Shown here in pieces: positions 39,814-51,250 of a stretch of 64,000 nucleotides of DNA (position 1 is its first letter; the number at the start of each line of letters is the position of its first letter). The DNA comes from Solirubrobacteraceae bacterium (GTDB taxonomy: Bacteria > Actinomycetota > Thermoleophilia > Solirubrobacterales > Solirubrobacteraceae), in contig DATJOF010000016.1 in assembly GCA_035507415.1 (NCBI GenBank), forward strand, positions 4,978-68,977, given 5' to 3'. The translations under genes were made by a program, and so were the position numbers. A model generated the notes under the pieces. The model worked only from the letters and a program-made list of their open reading frames with translations. It had not been told where the DNA came from and searched no databases.

Positions 39814-40161
39814 ATGGGCTCGTCGGGACGCATGCGTCGCGTCGATGAGGGGGTCCGCCAGGTGCTTGCGGATGCGCTCGCGATCGAGCTCAAGGACCCG
39901 CGGGTTGGATTTGTGACCGTTACGGATGTCAGAACAAGCGCCGATCTCCGCCACGCGCGCGTGTACGTGAGTGTGCTCGGCGATGCTGCTCAGCGCGAGG
40001 CGACGCTCGCCGGGCTGCGCAGCGCACACGGATATCTGCAGGGGCGCATCGCGGGCGAGCTGCGACTCAAGCGCACCCCTACGCTCGAGTTCGTCTACGA
40101 CGACACCACCGACCGAGCGATGCGCGTGCAGGCGCTGCTCGACGAGGGCGCCGGCTCGTGA
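39814..40161 (+). CDS. rbfA: Ribosome-binding factor A
   Basis: KDPRVGFVTVT.V..SADLRHA.VY...LKRTPTL.F.YD pattern. Confidence 0.95.
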   Translation: MGSSGRMRRVDEGVRQVLADALAIELKDPRVGFVTVTDVRTSADLRHARVYVSVLGDAAQREATLAGLRSAHGYLQGRIAGELRLKRTPTLEFVYDDTTDRAMRVQALLDEGAGS

Positions 40162-41267
40162 GCGAGCGCACCGCGGGGGCCGCGCCGACGCCCGGTCAGG
40201 ACGGCCGGCTCGTGCAGGCCTCCGAAGAGCACGACGGCCCGGCGGGCGCCTTGTGCGAGGAGAGCCTCGCACAGGCCCGCGAGGAGGTGCTCGAGCGACT
40301 GCGCAGCGACCGGCGCTTCGTGCTGGCCGCGCACGAGAGCCCCGACGGAGACGCGCTCGGATCGCTGGTGGCGATGCACGGCCTGCTGGGTGCGATCGGC
40401 AAGGACGCGGTGATGTTCGTCGCTGCCGGCGACCTGCCGCTGCCGTACGAGTATCGCGACTTCTTCGACCTCGAGGGCGTGATCGAACAACCGCCCAGCG
40501 ACATCGCCGAGCGTACTGTCGTGTTCTTGGACTGCGGCAACATCGACCGCAATTCGGCGCCGGCGCTGCAGCGTGCGCGCCACGTGCTGAACATCGACCA
40601 CCATCACGACAACACGCGCTTCGGCACGCTCAACTACGTGGTGCCGAGCGCCTCTTGCACGGCGGAGATCGTCTGGGAGTTGATGCACGGGCTCGAGCTC
40701 GAGGCCAGCCCGCCGATCGCGCAGGCTCTGTACATCGCCTTGATCACCGACACCGGCCGCTTCATGTACGAGAACACGGGACCGCGCGCGCATCTGATGG
40801 CCGCCGAGCTGATCGAGGCCGGCGTGGACGTGCAGGAGGTCTACCGGCGCCTGTACGAGGAGATGCCCGAGGCCAAGGTCCTGCTTCTCGCGCTCGCGCT
40901 CGGGCGCATGCAGCGTTTCGATGCGGGCGAGCTGACCCTGGCGGCGCTGAGCGCCGAGGACTTCCGCAAGCTCGACGCCCAGGACAGCTTCGCCGAGGGC
41001 ATCGTCGATCATCTGCGCGCCGTGCACGGCACCAAGGTGGCGGCGCTTGTGCGCGAGCTCGGCTCGGGCCCGCGCGGCGGCCAGCACAAAGTGTCGCTGC
41101 GCGCGAGCGACGACGACGTGGATGTCTCGGCGATCGCTCGCAGCCAGGCCGGCGGCGGGCATCGTCGCGCGGCAGGCTTCTCCACGACGCTCGAGCTCAG
41201 CGAGCTGATCGCGTTCTTGCGCGGCGCGATCGCCGAGCAGCTGCATCCCGCGCCGGCGCCCGCGTGA
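40158..41267 (+). CDS. nrnA: DHH/DHHA1 oligoribonuclease / pAp phosphatase
   Basis: [26 protein letters not shown] and GGGHRRAAG motifs. Confidence 0.93.
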   Translation: MSERTAGAAPTPGQDGRLVQASEEHDGPAGALCEESLAQAREEVLERLRSDRRFVLAAHESPDGDALGSLVAMHGLLGAIGKDAVMFVAAGDLPLPYEYRDFFDLEGVIEQPPSDIAERTVVFLDCGNIDRNSAPALQRARHVLNIDHHHDNTRFGTLNYVVPSASCTAEIVWELMHGLELEASPPIAQALYIALITDTGRFMYENTGPRAHLMAAELIEAGVDVQEVYRRLYEEMPEAKVLLLALALGRMQRFDAGELTLAALSAEDFRKLDAQDSFAEGIVDHLRAVHGTKVAALVRELGSGPRGGQHKVSLRASDDDVDVSAIARSQAGGGHRRAAGFSTTLELSELIAFLRGAIAEQLHPAPAPA

Positions 41268-42034
41268 CGGGGTCGAGCCCCAGCGCGAGCACGAGCTCCA
41301 GCGCCGGCGCACCGGGACCCGATCGAGGCGCACATGCGCCCGCGGCGCCCGAGGGAGTGCTGCTGATCGACAAGCCTGCGGGCATGAGCTCACACGACGT
41401 GGTCGCGTCCGTCAAGCGAGCACTGTCCGGCGTGAAGGTGGGCCACGCAGGCACACTCGATCCCTTCGCGACCGGGCTGTTGATCGTGCTCGTGGGACGC
41501 GCGACCAAGATGCAGCAGGCGCTGATGGCGCTGCCCAAGCGCTACGAGACGGTCGCTCGCCTCGGCGCCACCTCGAGCACCGGCGATCCCGAGGGAGAGA
41601 TCACCGACACGGGCAGGCTGCCGCCGGATCCGCTCGTGCTGCCCACGGGCCAGCTCGCGCAGCGGGCGCCGCGCTATTCGGCGGTCAAGATCCGCGGCGA
41701 GCGCGCCTATCGTCGCGCGCGGCGCGGCGAGCAGTTCGAGCCCCCGCAGCGGATCGTCACCGTCTACCGCTTCGAGCAGCTGTGGCGAGATCGGGACCCC
41801 GCCCACCCGCGGGCGGGCTTTGCGATCGAATGCTCGGCCGGGACCTATGTGCGCTCGCTGATCGCCGATCTGGGCGACGCCTACTGCGAGCAGCTGCGGC
41901 GCACCGCGATCGGACCGTTCGAGGTCGGCGAGGCGAGCGCGCCGCCGGTTCGCGGCGAGCGCTGGCCCGACCCGCCGCTGCTCGCACCGGAGCGCGTGCT
42001 CGTCGCGGTCCGCGAGCCCGCAGCCGCGCAATAG
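41264..42034 (+). CDS. truB: tRNA pseudouridine(55) synthase, compact form
   Basis: [39 protein letters not shown] and LRRT motifs; GTG overlaps the nrnA stop. Confidence 0.93.
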   Translation: MTGSSPSASTSSSAGAPGPDRGAHAPAAPEGVLLIDKPAGMSSHDVVASVKRALSGVKVGHAGTLDPFATGLLIVLVGRATKMQQALMALPKRYETVARLGATSSTGDPEGEITDTGRLPPDPLVLPTGQLAQRAPRYSAVKIRGERAYRRARRGEQFEPPQRIVTVYRFEQLWRDRDPAHPRAGFAIECSAGTYVRSLIADLGDAYCEQLRRTAIGPFEVGEASAPPVRGERWPDPPLLAPERVLVAVREPAAAQ

Positions 42035-42104
42035 AGCTACAGCCTGCCTGCGCAACGGCCCCGCGAACCGATGGACGGCGGGATCGCCCAATAGGCTTCG
42101 GTCC

Positions 42105-43004
42105 GTGAAGCTGACGCGCCTGCCCGACGTACAGCCGAGCGAGGGGGGCGGGCGCAGCGTGGCGATCGGGACGTTCGACGGAGTGCACCTCGGCCATCGC
42201 GCGGTGATCGCCGGGTCCCAGAGCGTGCTCACGTTCGATCCGCACCCGGTCTCCGTGGTGGCGCCGCAGCACACGCCGAAGCTGCTGACGACACTCGAGG
42301 TCAAGGCCGAGCTGATCGCCGGGCTCGGCGTGCAGGAGCTGATCGTGATCCCGTTCGACCCGGCGCTGGCGGCGCACTCGGCAGAGCAGTTCGTAGACGA
42401 GGTGATCGTCCAGCGGCTCGGGGCCAGGCGCGTGGCGGTCGGTGAGAACTTCCGCTTCGGACACCGCGCGCAGGGCGATGCCCGCATGCTGGCGGCCGAC
42501 CCTCGGTTCGAGACGGTCGTGCGCCCGCTGCTTGAAATCGACGGGGAGGTCGTGTCCTCGAGCCACATCCGCGGGCTGGTGCTCGCCGGCGAGGTCGAAC
42601 ACGCCACCCGCTTTCTCGGAGCTCCCTTTCGGCTGCGCGGCGAGGTCGTGCACGGCGACGAGCGCGGACGCGAGCTCGGATTTCCGACCGCCAACCTGGT
42701 GCCCGACGAGGCGCTCGCCTGCCCGGGCCACGGCGTGTACGCATGCATCGCGAGCGGCGGCACCGCAGGCGAGGGCGTCGCGGCCGCCGTCAGCATCGGC
42801 GTGCGGCCCACCTTCGCGACCGGTCGCGGTGAGCTGATCGAGGCCTACCTGATCGACTTCGACGACGATCTGTACGGCAGCACGCTCGAGCTGCAATTCA
42901 TCGCGCGCCTGCGCGGCGAGCGGCGCTTCGACACCTCCGAGTCGCTGATCGCGCAGATGCACGAGGACGTGGCGCGCACGCGCGAGATCCTCGCGGCGCG
43001 CTGA
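42105..43004 (+). CDS. ribF: Riboflavin kinase / FAD synthetase
   Basis: [33 protein letters not shown] and GVRPTF motifs. Confidence 0.96.
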   Translation: MKLTRLPDVQPSEGGGRSVAIGTFDGVHLGHRAVIAGSQSVLTFDPHPVSVVAPQHTPKLLTTLEVKAELIAGLGVQELIVIPFDPALAAHSAEQFVDEVIVQRLGARRVAVGENFRFGHRAQGDARMLAADPRFETVVRPLLEIDGEVVSSSHIRGLVLAGEVEHATRFLGAPFRLRGEVVHGDERGRELGFPTANLVPDEALACPGHGVYACIASGGTAGEGVAAAVSIGVRPTFATGRGELIEAYLIDFDDDLYGSTLELQFIARLRGERRFDTSESLIAQMHEDVARTREILAAR

Positions 43005-43039
43005 CCGGCGGGGGCTCACGCTCTGCTACCGTGCCCGCA

Positions 43040-43312
43040 ATGCCAGCACTAACCAGTGAGCGTAAGCGTGAGCTTGCTGCCCAGTTCGGGTCGAGCGAGC
43101 GTGACGTCGGCTCAACCAAGGTCCAGATCGCCCTGTTGACCGAGCGGATCAACCATCTGACCGAGCATCTGCGCGAGCAGAAGAAAGACCACCACTCGCG
43201 CCGTGGTCTGCTGATGCTGGTGGGCCGACGCCGTCGCTTCCTGGACTATCTGCAGCGCCACGATCTCGAGGGCTACCGGGCGCTGATCAAAGAGCTCGGG
43301 CTGCGTAAGTGA
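43040..43312 (+). CDS. rpsO: 30S ribosomal protein S15
   Basis: [17 protein letters not shown]...[10 protein letters not shown] motif. Confidence 0.97.
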   Translation: MPALTSERKRELAAQFGSSERDVGSTKVQIALLTERINHLTEHLREQKKDHHSRRGLLMLVGRRRRFLDYLQRHDLEGYRALIKELGLRK

Positions 43313-43473
43313 GCTGAGGCGATCGTGGGCACGTCGCGGATGCTTTGTCCTCGGTCGCTCGCGTGTTGGCCGGTTCGGGGATGCGAGCGCGTAAGCGCGA
43401 GTGTCTCCCGGTTCGGTCGCCACGCTCCCTGCGTCCGCGCCCCGCTCGACCCACGACCGCCTCGGGAGGCGGG

Positions 43474-43941
43474 TTGTCTGTAGTCGAGCCCGGAACGCCC
43501 GCGCCCGCGTTCAGGCTGGCGCGCGAGAATGGTGAGGGCTTCAGCGAGCAGGACCTGCTGGGCCATACGACGATTCTGGTGTTCTATCCGTTCGCGTTCA
43601 GCCCGGTGTGCACCGATCAGCTGCAGCTGTACGAGCAGGCCCTCGGCGAGCTGACCGGCGGTGGCGAGCGGATCTACGGAGTGTCGTGCGACAGCTCGTA
43701 CGCGCAGAGCGCGTTTCGCGAGAAGCTCGCTGTGAGCATTCCCCAGCTATCGGACTTCGAGCCCAAGGGCGCAGCCTGCAAGGCCTTCGGTGTCCTGCAC
43801 GACGGCGGCTTCCCGCAACGGGCGCTGGTGATCCTCGGTCCCGACGGCGTCGTGCGCTGGAGCTATCAGGCGCCGACGCCGGCCGAGCTTCCTGCGGTCG
43901 AGCGGCTGCGCGAAGGGCTGGCGGCCGCCGCGGTCACCTGA
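43474..43941 (+). CDS. 1-Cys peroxiredoxin (AhpE/redoxin-like); start uncertain
   Basis: FYPFAFSPVCTDQL (PxxxSxxC), GVSCDS, LSDF and QRALVI motifs; RBS gggagg before TTG. Confidence 0.85.
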   Translation: MSVVEPGTPAPAFRLARENGEGFSEQDLLGHTTILVFYPFAFSPVCTDQLQLYEQALGELTGGGERIYGVSCDSSYAQSAFREKLAVSIPQLSDFEPKGAACKAFGVLHDGGFPQRALVILGPDGVVRWSYQAPTPAELPAVERLREGLAAAAVT

Positions 43942-44060
43942 GCCGGGTCGCGGGCTGCGGGTCCGCTAAGCTCCGGACGTTCGGGAACAGAGAAAAAGAA
44001 ACGATCCGCCAGGCGCCATCCGGCGCCCTCTCCGACGGGCGGAACAGGAAGGCAGAGCAT

Positions 44061-46445
44061 ATGAGCAGTAGTGACGCCGTTACGCGGGTCTCCGTGGAGA
44101 TCGCGGGTAGCGAGATCTCGTTCGAGACGGGCAGGATGGCCAAGCAGGCCTCCGGTGCGGTGGTGGTTCGTCAGGGCGACACGATGGTGCTGGCGACGGC
44201 GACGGCCGGCGCCCAGCGCGACGTCGATTTCCTGCCCCTCACGGTCGACGTCGAGGAGCGCATGTACGCGGCCGGCAAGATACCCGGCTCGTTCTTCAAG
44301 CGCGAGGGCCGTTCGGGTGAAAAGGCGACGCTGACGGCGCGCATGATCGACCGCCCGCTGCGCCCCCTGTTCTCCAAGGGCTGGAGCTACGACACGCAGC
44401 TGGTCGCGATCCCGATCTCGGTCGATCACGTGCACCCCTACGACATCCTTGCGATGAACGGCGCCTCTGCGGCGCTGATGATCTCCAACGTGCCGTTCGC
44501 GGGGCCGGTCGGCGCCGTCAGGATCGGCAAGGTCGACGGCAACTTCGTGGTGAACCCGCGCGAGCAGGACCTCGCCGGCGCCGAAAGCGCTGCCGGCGAG
44601 ACGAGCGGCGAGAACGGAGACGGCGGCGAGGCCCGGGCGGGCGGCTCGGATCTCGATCTGGTGGTGGCCGGCTCGGAGGACGCGATCCTGATGGTCGAGG
44701 CCGGCGCGAACGAGATCTCCGAGGCCGAGATCCTCGACGCGCTCGACATCGCGCACGTCGAGATCAAGAAGCTCTGCGCACTGCAGCGCGACCTCGCCGC
44801 GAAGGTCGGCCGCGAGAAGACCGCGGTGCAGGCGCCCGAGGTCGACGAGCAGCTGCTCGAGCAGGTGCGCGCGTCACACGGCCAGGCGATCGACCAGGCC
44901 ACGCAGGTGGAGGACAAGCTCGAGCGCCAGGAGGCCACCGAGGCCGCGGCGCAGGCGGTGCTCGCGCAGTATGCGCCCGCGCCCGGCGAGGGCGCGAGCG
45001 AGGAGCAGCTGGAAGAGGCCAAGGCGCGTGCCGCGGCGGTTCAGCTGGTTTTCGACAGGCTCGAGAAGTCGATCATCCGTGAGCGCATCGCGGTGCACAA
45101 GAAGCGTCCCGACGGACGTGCCGAGCACGAGATCAGGGACATCACGATCGAAGTTGGCGTGGCGCCGCGCACGCACGGGTCGGCGCTGTTCACGCGCGGT
45201 CAGACGCAGGCTCTGAGCGTGGCCTCGCTGGGCACGCTCAAGGAGGAGATGCGCCTCGACACGCTCGGCCTGCAGACGAAAAAGTATTACTTCCACCATT
45301 ACAACTTCCCGCCGTTCTCGGTCGGCGAGGCGGGTCGCCTCGGGCCCAAGCGGCGCGACGTCGGCCACGGCGCGCTGGCCGAGCGCGCGCTCGTGCCGAT
45401 GGTGCCTTCGATCGAGCAGTTCCCGTACACGATCAGGGTGGTCTCGGACATCTTCGAGTCCAACGGCTCGTCCTCGATGGCGTCGGTGTGCGGCTCCTCG
45501 CTGTCGCTGATGGACGCGGGCGTCCCGCTCAAGCGTCCGGTCGCGGGGATCGCGATGGGCCTGATCAAGGAGGGCGACGACTACATCGTGCTGACCGACA
45601 TCGCCGGGGTCGAGGACCACCTCGGTGACATGGACTTCAAGGTGGCGGGCACCGAGCGCGGGATCACGGCGCTGCAGATGGACATCAAGATCGCCGGCGT
45701 CACGTTCGACATCCTGCGCGACGCGTTGACCCAGGCACGCCGCGCGCGTGACGTGATCCTCGGCAAGATGGCCGACGTGATCCAGGGGCCGCGCGAGCAG
45801 CTCAGCCAGTTCGCGCCACGCATCCAGACGATCCAGATCGATCCGTCGCAGATCGGCATGCTGATCGGCAAGGGCGGCGAAACGATCAGGGGCCTGTCAG
45901 AGGAGTTCGAGTCGCAGATCGACGTCAGCGACGACGGACAGGTGCTGATCTACTCGGCCAACGGCGACCTCGCCGACGCGCTGCTCGAGCGGATCCGGTT
46001 GATGATGAAGGAGGTCGAGGTCGGCGACGAGTATCTCGGCAAAGTCGTCAAGACCACCACGTTCGGCGCGTTCGTCGAGCTCACCAAGGGCACCGACGGG
46101 CTGCTGCACATCTCCAACGTCTCGCCGGGCGAGCGCGTGGAGAGCGTCGAGGACGTGCTCAGCAAGGGCGATGAGATCAACGTGCGCGTGGTCGAGGTCG
46201 ACCGCGAGCGCGGACGGATCGGTCTGCGCCTGACCGGGGATCCCGAGATCGCCGGCATGTCTGTCGAGGAGCTCGAGCGGGTGAGCGCCGGCGGCGGCGG
46301 CGGGCGGCCCCCGCGCGACGGGGCGGGCGCAGGCAGGCCGGCCAGCAACGGCCGTGGCGGACGCGGTCGCCGGCAGGATGGCGAGCGCGGCTCCGGCCGT
46401 CCCCGCCACGGATCCGGACGCGACCGGGATCGAGATCGTTACTAG
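44061..46445 (+). CDS. pnp: Polyribonucleotide nucleotidyltransferase
   Basis: [41 protein letters not shown] and [10 protein letters not shown] motifs; KH and S1 domains. Confidence 0.98.
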   Translation: MSSSDAVTRVSVEIAGSEISFETGRMAKQASGAVVVRQGDTMVLATATAGAQRDVDFLPLTVDVEERMYAAGKIPGSFFKREGRSGEKATLTARMIDRPLRPLFSKGWSYDTQLVAIPISVDHVHPYDILAMNGASAALMISNVPFAGPVGAVRIGKVDGNFVVNPREQDLAGAESAAGETSGENGDGGEARAGGSDLDLVVAGSEDAILMVEAGANEISEAEILDALDIAHVEIKKLCALQRDLAAKVGREKTAVQAPEVDEQLLEQVRASHGQAIDQATQVEDKLERQEATEAAAQAVLAQYAPAPGEGASEEQLEEAKARAAAVQLVFDRLEKSIIRERIAVHKKRPDGRAEHEIRDITIEVGVAPRTHGSALFTRGQTQALSVASLGTLKEEMRLDTLGLQTKKYYFHHYNFPPFSVGEAGRLGPKRRDVGHGALAERALVPMVPSIEQFPYTIRVVSDIFESNGSSSMASVCGSSLSLMDAGVPLKRPVAGIAMGLIKEGDDYIVLTDIAGVEDHLGDMDFKVAGTERGITALQMDIKIAGVTFDILRDALTQARRARDVILGKMADVIQGPREQLSQFAPRIQTIQIDPSQIGMLIGKGGETIRGLSEEFESQIDVSDDGQVLIYSANGDLADALLERIRLMMKEVEVGDEYLGKVVKTTTFGAFVELTKGTDGLLHISNVSPGERVESVEDVLSKGDEINVRVVEVDRERGRIGLRLTGDPEIAGMSVEELERVSAGGGGGRPPRDGAGAGRPASNGRGGRGRRQDGERGSGRPRHGSGRDRDRDRY

Positions 46446-46511
46446 CCCGCTCGGGCTGACCCGCGAACGCGCGAGGGGCGGGCGCATAGGACCGATAGTC
46501 GAGACCGAAGC

Positions 46512-47918
46512 ATGAGCGAGCAGCGCGCGAGCGTGAACGAGCATCGCGTGAGCACGTTGGCGGACGGCGTGCGCGTGGTGTCCGAGCGCGTCGAGAACGT
46601 GCGCTCGGCCGCGCTCGGCATCTGGATCGGCACCGGCTCGGCGATGGAGAGCGACGCTCAGGCGGGCATCACCCATCTGCTCGAGCACATGCTGTTTCGC
46701 GGCACCGATCGCTATCGCTCGCGCGAGATCGACGAGATCTTTGACGCGCTCGGCGCCGAGATCAACGCCGGCACCGACCGCGAGAGCACGTCGCTGTACA
46801 CGCGCGTGCTCGACCGCCATCTCGAGCGGGCCTTCGACGTGGCCGCCGAGATGGTCTGGCGGCCGCGCTTCGAAGATCTCGAGGCCGAGCGCGAGGTGGT
46901 GCTCGAGGAGATCGCGATGTACGAAGACGACCCCCAGGATCGCGTGTTCGACCTGCTCGGCGGGGCGGTGTTCGGGGAGCACCCGCTCGGACGCGCGACT
47001 ATCGGCACGGCCGACGTGGTGGGTGGCGTGACGCTCGAGCAGCTGCGCGAGTTTCACGCCGAGCGCTACACGCCCCCGAGGATCGTGATCGCGGCCGCGG
47101 GCTCGGTCGAGCACGATGCGCTGCTCGAGCTCGCGCGCGCCCATCCGCTCTCGGCAGGCGCGCCCGGCAGGCGGTCCGGCGCGTTGAATGGCGCGAGCGT
47201 CGGCCGCGAAGGGACCGAGGCCGACGCCGGCGCGAAGATGGCCGCGGATGGGCACCCCGACGCCGAGCCCGGTCCGGCCCGCGACCCCACCACCGACCTG
47301 CCCGGACCGCGGTTCGAGCGGCGGGTGCGATTTGCCGGCAAGGACACCGAGCAGTACCACGTGTGCCTCGGCGGCCGTGGCATCTCGCGTCACGACGAGC
47401 GGCGCTTCGCATTGCGCGTGCTCGAGGGCGTGCTGGGCGGGACGTCTTCGTCGCGGCTCTTTCAGGAGGTGCGCGAGCGCCGGGGCCTGGCCTACTCGGT
47501 GTTCACGTTCTCGAGCCAGTTCGCGAGCACCGGCGAGGTCGGCCTTTACGTCGGCACGCGCCCCGACAACCTGCAGGAGGCGCTCGCGACGGTGGCCGGC
47601 GAGCTCGAGCGACTGCTCGAGGATCCGGCCAGTCCCGCCGAGCTGGAGCGTTCGCGCGAGAATCTCAAGGGGCGCGTGGCGCTCTCGCTGGAGTCCACGG
47701 CCGCGCGTATGAGCCGCCTCGGCGGCGCGCTGCTCGGCGACATGCCGATCCTCTCGATCGACGAGATCGTCGATCGGATCGATGCGGTCACGGTCGCGGA
47801 TCTGCGCGAGCTCGCGCGCGAGCTGTACGCGCCCGCAAACCTGTCGGCGGCGGGGATCGGACCTGACGAGGAGGCCTTTCGCCGCGCGCTGCGGCCGCTG
47901 GAGAAGGTGGCAGTGTGA
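46512..47918 (+). CDS. M16 family zinc peptidase (pitrilysin/MlpA-like)
   Basis: HLLEH inverted zinc motif, INAGT, SSRLFQEVRERRGLAYSV; canonical position after pnp. Confidence 0.93.
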   Translation: MSEQRASVNEHRVSTLADGVRVVSERVENVRSAALGIWIGTGSAMESDAQAGITHLLEHMLFRGTDRYRSREIDEIFDALGAEINAGTDRESTSLYTRVLDRHLERAFDVAAEMVWRPRFEDLEAEREVVLEEIAMYEDDPQDRVFDLLGGAVFGEHPLGRATIGTADVVGGVTLEQLREFHAERYTPPRIVIAAAGSVEHDALLELARAHPLSAGAPGRRSGALNGASVGREGTEADAGAKMAADGHPDAEPGPARDPTTDLPGPRFERRVRFAGKDTEQYHVCLGGRGISRHDERRFALRVLEGVLGGTSSSRLFQEVRERRGLAYSVFTFSSQFASTGEVGLYVGTRPDNLQEALATVAGELERLLEDPASPAELERSRENLKGRVALSLESTAARMSRLGGALLGDMPILSIDEIVDRIDAVTVADLRELARELYAPANLSAAGIGPDEEAFRRALRPLEKVAV

Positions 47919-48592
47919 TACGCGTCGCCGTCGCCGGCGCGGCGGGGCGCATGGGGACGACGGTTTGTGCCGCGGTCGAAGGCGCCGAGGACATGGAGTT
48001 GGTCGGGCGCGCCGACCCGCTGCTCGGGACGACGCTGCAGGATGTGCTGCCCGCCGCACAGGTGGTCGTGGACTTCACCCGGCCCGACACCGCGCTCGCC
48101 AACGCGCTCGCCTGCGTGCAGGCCGGCGTGCACGCCGTGGTCGGCACGACCGGGTTCGACATCGAGCCGCTGCGTCGCGCGCGTACGCCGGCCGGACTCA
48201 CGCCGGCGAACGTGATCGTGGCGCCGAACTTCGCGATCGGGGCGATCCTGATGATGCGCTTCGCCGCCGAGGCCGCCCGGTACATGGCGAGCGCCGAGAT
48301 CATCGAGCTGCATCACGACGCCAAGCTCGACGCGCCGAGCGGGACGGCAAAGCTGACCGCCGAGCTGATCGCGGGCGCGCGCGGCGGACGGCAGCCGCCG
48401 GTTCACTCGGTGCGGCTGCCGGGGCTGGTCGCACACCAGGAGGTGATCCTCGGCGACCTCGGTCAGACGCTGTCGATACGCCACGACACGATCGGGCGCG
48501 AGGCATTCATGCCGGGCGTGCTGCTGGCCGTGCGTCGCGTCGGCGGGCTCGCGGAATCGCCGCTCGTCGGCCTTGGCGAGCTGTTGTCCTGA
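47915..48592 (+). CDS. dapB: 4-hydroxy-tetrahydrodipicolinate reductase
   Basis: GAAGRMG, DFT, GTTG, APNFAIG and ELHHDAKLDAPSGTA motifs. Confidence 0.96.
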   Translation: MIRVAVAGAAGRMGTTVCAAVEGAEDMELVGRADPLLGTTLQDVLPAAQVVVDFTRPDTALANALACVQAGVHAVVGTTGFDIEPLRRARTPAGLTPANVIVAPNFAIGAILMMRFAAEAARYMASAEIIELHHDAKLDAPSGTAKLTAELIAGARGGRQPPVHSVRLPGLVAHQEVILGDLGQTLSIRHDTIGREAFMPGVLLAVRRVGGLAESPLVGLGELLS

Positions 48593-48641
48593 GTGGTTGT
48601 CGCCGACCGGCAGCGGGCGGCCGGCGTGAAATACTGCGGAC

Positions 48642-49535
48642 ATGCCGGATCTGGGGCTTGGCGAGGTGTTGACCGCGATCGTGACGCCGTTCGACGCACA
48701 GGGGCGGGTCAACGAGGAGGCGTTCGTTGCGCTGATGGCCCATCTGGCGGCACACGGCTCCGACGGGTTCGTGGTGGCTGCGACGACGGGCGAGGCGGCG
48801 ACGCTCAGCGACGATGAGCAGCTCGGCCTGATCGAGCTCGCGATCGCCGAGCGCCCGGCGGGGAAGTCGATCGTCGCGGGCGTCGGCACCAACGACACGC
48901 GCCACACGATCTTTCTCACCGAACGCGCCACCGAGCTCGGCCCGGACGCGCTGATCTCGGTGACCCCCTACTACAACCGTCCCAGCCCGTTGGGGCTGCG
49001 CCGCCACTACGAAGCTGTCGCGGCAGCCACCGACAGGCCGACCCTGCTGTACAACATCCCGGCTCGCACCGGCACGAACATCGGGCCGGAGCTGCTGGCC
49101 GAGCTGGCGCAGATCGAGCACATCGATGGCGTCAAGCAGGCCAACGCGCAGGAGCTGCAGACGATCGACGGACTCGCGATATATGCCGGCGATGACGGTT
49201 CGTTCGCACGGACGCTGGACATCGGCGGAGCCGGCGGGGTGCTCGTGTCCAGCCATGTGGTCGGCCGCGAGATGCGCCGCATGGTCGACGAGCCCGAGCA
49301 GCGCCACGCGATCGACGCGTCCCTGCGCGACGTGTACGAGACATTGTTCCTGACGTCCAGCCCGACGTGCACGAAGGCCGCGCTGAACATGCTCGGACTG
49401 AACGCGGGGACCACGCGCCTGCCGATCGTGGACGCCACCGAGCACGAGCTCGCCCAGGTGCGCGCGATGCTGGTGCGCCATCGGCTGCTCGACGCCGGCG
49501 ATCCCGCCGCGCCCGCCGGAGCCTCCACCGCGTGA
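48642..49535 (+). CDS. dapA: 4-hydroxy-tetrahydrodipicolinate synthase
   Basis: AIVTPF, TTGE, TPYYNRP, LYNIPART and GVK motifs. Confidence 0.95.
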   Translation: MPDLGLGEVLTAIVTPFDAQGRVNEEAFVALMAHLAAHGSDGFVVAATTGEAATLSDDEQLGLIELAIAERPAGKSIVAGVGTNDTRHTIFLTERATELGPDALISVTPYYNRPSPLGLRRHYEAVAAATDRPTLLYNIPARTGTNIGPELLAELAQIEHIDGVKQANAQELQTIDGLAIYAGDDGSFARTLDIGGAGGVLVSSHVVGREMRRMVDEPEQRHAIDASLRDVYETLFLTSSPTCTKAALNMLGLNAGTTRLPIVDATEHELAQVRAMLVRHRLLDAGDPAAPAGASTA

Positions 49536-51205
49536 GCGCGTCGTTGCGCGTCCTGCCGCTCGGCGGGCTGGGCGAGATCGGCAAGAACATGACGGTCGTC
49601 GAGCAGGACGGGCGGATCGTCGTGATCGACGTCGGCCTGCGCTTCCCGACCCCGGAGATGGTCGGCATCGATCTGGTGCTGCCGGACTTCTCCTATCTGC
49701 GCGAGCGCGCACGCGAGATCGAGGCGATCGTCGTTACGCATGGTCACGAGGACCATCTCGGCGCGCTGCCGTGGGTGCTGCGCGAGCTGGGCGAACACGG
49801 GGCCGAGCCGCCGGTGTACGGCGGGCCGCTGACGCTCGCGATGGCGCGCTCCAAGCTCGAGGAGCACAAGCTCAAGGATGTCGAGCTCAGCGATCTGCAG
49901 ACGGGCGAGGTGCTCGAGCTCGGGCCGTTCGAGGTCGAGCTCGTGCACATGACCCACTCGATTCCCGACTCGGGCGCCGTGGCGCTCGGCACGGAGCTCG
50001 GCACGGTCCTGGTCACGGGCGACTACAAGTTCGATCAGACGCCCGTCGACGGGCCGCCGGCCGACGTTTCGCGCCTGGCCGAGCTCGGCCGCGAGGGCGT
50101 GCTGCTGCTGTGCGGCGACTCCACGAACGTCGACCGCGCCGGCTTCTCGCCGTCGGAGTCAGTCGTCGGGCCGCATCTGGAGGAAGTGTTCGCGCGCTGC
50201 GAGGGGCGGATCGTGGTGACGAGCTTCGCCTCGAACATCCATCGCGTGCAGCAGGTCGTCGACGCCGCGCAGGCGCTCGACCGCAAGGTCGCGCTGGTGG
50301 GGCGCTCGATGCGCAAGAACGTCGCGATCGGGCGTTCGCTCGGCCACATCGAGCTGCCCGAGGGCCTGCTGGTGGGGCTGCGCGAGCTCGAAGACTTCGC
50401 CGACGAGCGCATCGTGATCGTCTCGACCGGGTCCCAGGGCGAGCCGCTCAGCGCGCTGCGGCGCATGGCCTATCGCGACCATCCGCAGGTGCAGCTGCAC
50501 GAGGGCGACACGGTCGTGTTCTCGGCCACGCCGGTGCCGGGCAACGAGCGCGCGGTCAACGAGACGATCGACCGGCTCTACCACATCGGCTGCGACGTCG
50601 TCACGACCGCCGAGGCGCCGGTGCACGCATCTGGGCACGGCTACGCCGAGGAGCTGAAGCTGATGCTCAACCTCGTCAAGCCGCGTTACGTGATGCCGTT
50701 TCACGGCGACTTCAAGCGCCTGCGTTTGCACGCCCGGCTCGCCGAGGCAGTGGGCGTCGCGCCGGAGGACGTCTTCCAGGCCGACAACGGCGTACCGCTC
50801 GAGATCGCCGCGAACGGCCGGGCACGGTTGGGCGCGCGCGAGCAGGCCGGGATGGTGTTCGTCGATGGCGTCGAGATCGGCGACATGGCGGACGTCGCGC
50901 TGCGCGACCGGCGCATGCTCTCAGCCGATGGGATCTTCATCGTCGTGGCCACGATCGCCGAGCAGGACGGGCGCTCGGTGGCCGATCCGGAGGTGATCTT
51001 CCGGGGCGTGCCGTTCCGCGATCAGGCTGACGAGCTGATCGGCGAGATCAAGGCGACGGTCGAGGGCTCGCTGATCCGCGCCGCCGGCGAGGAAATTCGC
51101 GAGATCGACCTGCTGCAGCAGCTGCTGCACGATGACCTCGCGCAGCTGGTTTACGACCGTCTCAAGCGACGCCCGATGGTGCTGCCCGTGGTCGTCGAGG
51201 TGTAG
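49532..51205 (+). CDS. rnj: Ribonuclease J
   Basis: PLGGLGEIGKNM, THGHEDHLG, HSIPD, GDYK, TGSQGEP, HASGH and RRPMVLP motifs. Confidence 0.97.
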   Translation: MSASLRVLPLGGLGEIGKNMTVVEQDGRIVVIDVGLRFPTPEMVGIDLVLPDFSYLRERAREIEAIVVTHGHEDHLGALPWVLRELGEHGAEPPVYGGPLTLAMARSKLEEHKLKDVELSDLQTGEVLELGPFEVELVHMTHSIPDSGAVALGTELGTVLVTGDYKFDQTPVDGPPADVSRLAELGREGVLLLCGDSTNVDRAGFSPSESVVGPHLEEVFARCEGRIVVTSFASNIHRVQQVVDAAQALDRKVALVGRSMRKNVAIGRSLGHIELPEGLLVGLRELEDFADERIVIVSTGSQGEPLSALRRMAYRDHPQVQLHEGDTVVFSATPVPGNERAVNETIDRLYHIGCDVVTTAEAPVHASGHGYAEELKLMLNLVKPRYVMPFHGDFKRLRLHARLAEAVGVAPEDVFQADNGVPLEIAANGRARLGAREQAGMVFVDGVEIGDMADVALRDRRMLSADGIFIVVATIAEQDGRSVADPEVIFRGVPFRDQADELIGEIKATVEGSLIRAAGEEIREIDLLQQLLHDDLAQLVYDRLKRRPMVLPVVVEV

Positions 51206-51250
51206 GCAGGCGGGAGGGCAGGCCTGCCCTCCGCGCAGGCTCGTGGTCGA

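Noticed and set aside
39971-41263. 687-aa TruB fusion and 945-aa PNPase (43608 start)
   Set aside because: The upstream extensions overlap rbfA/nrnA or the Prx gene; real starts are GTG 41264 and ATG 44061.
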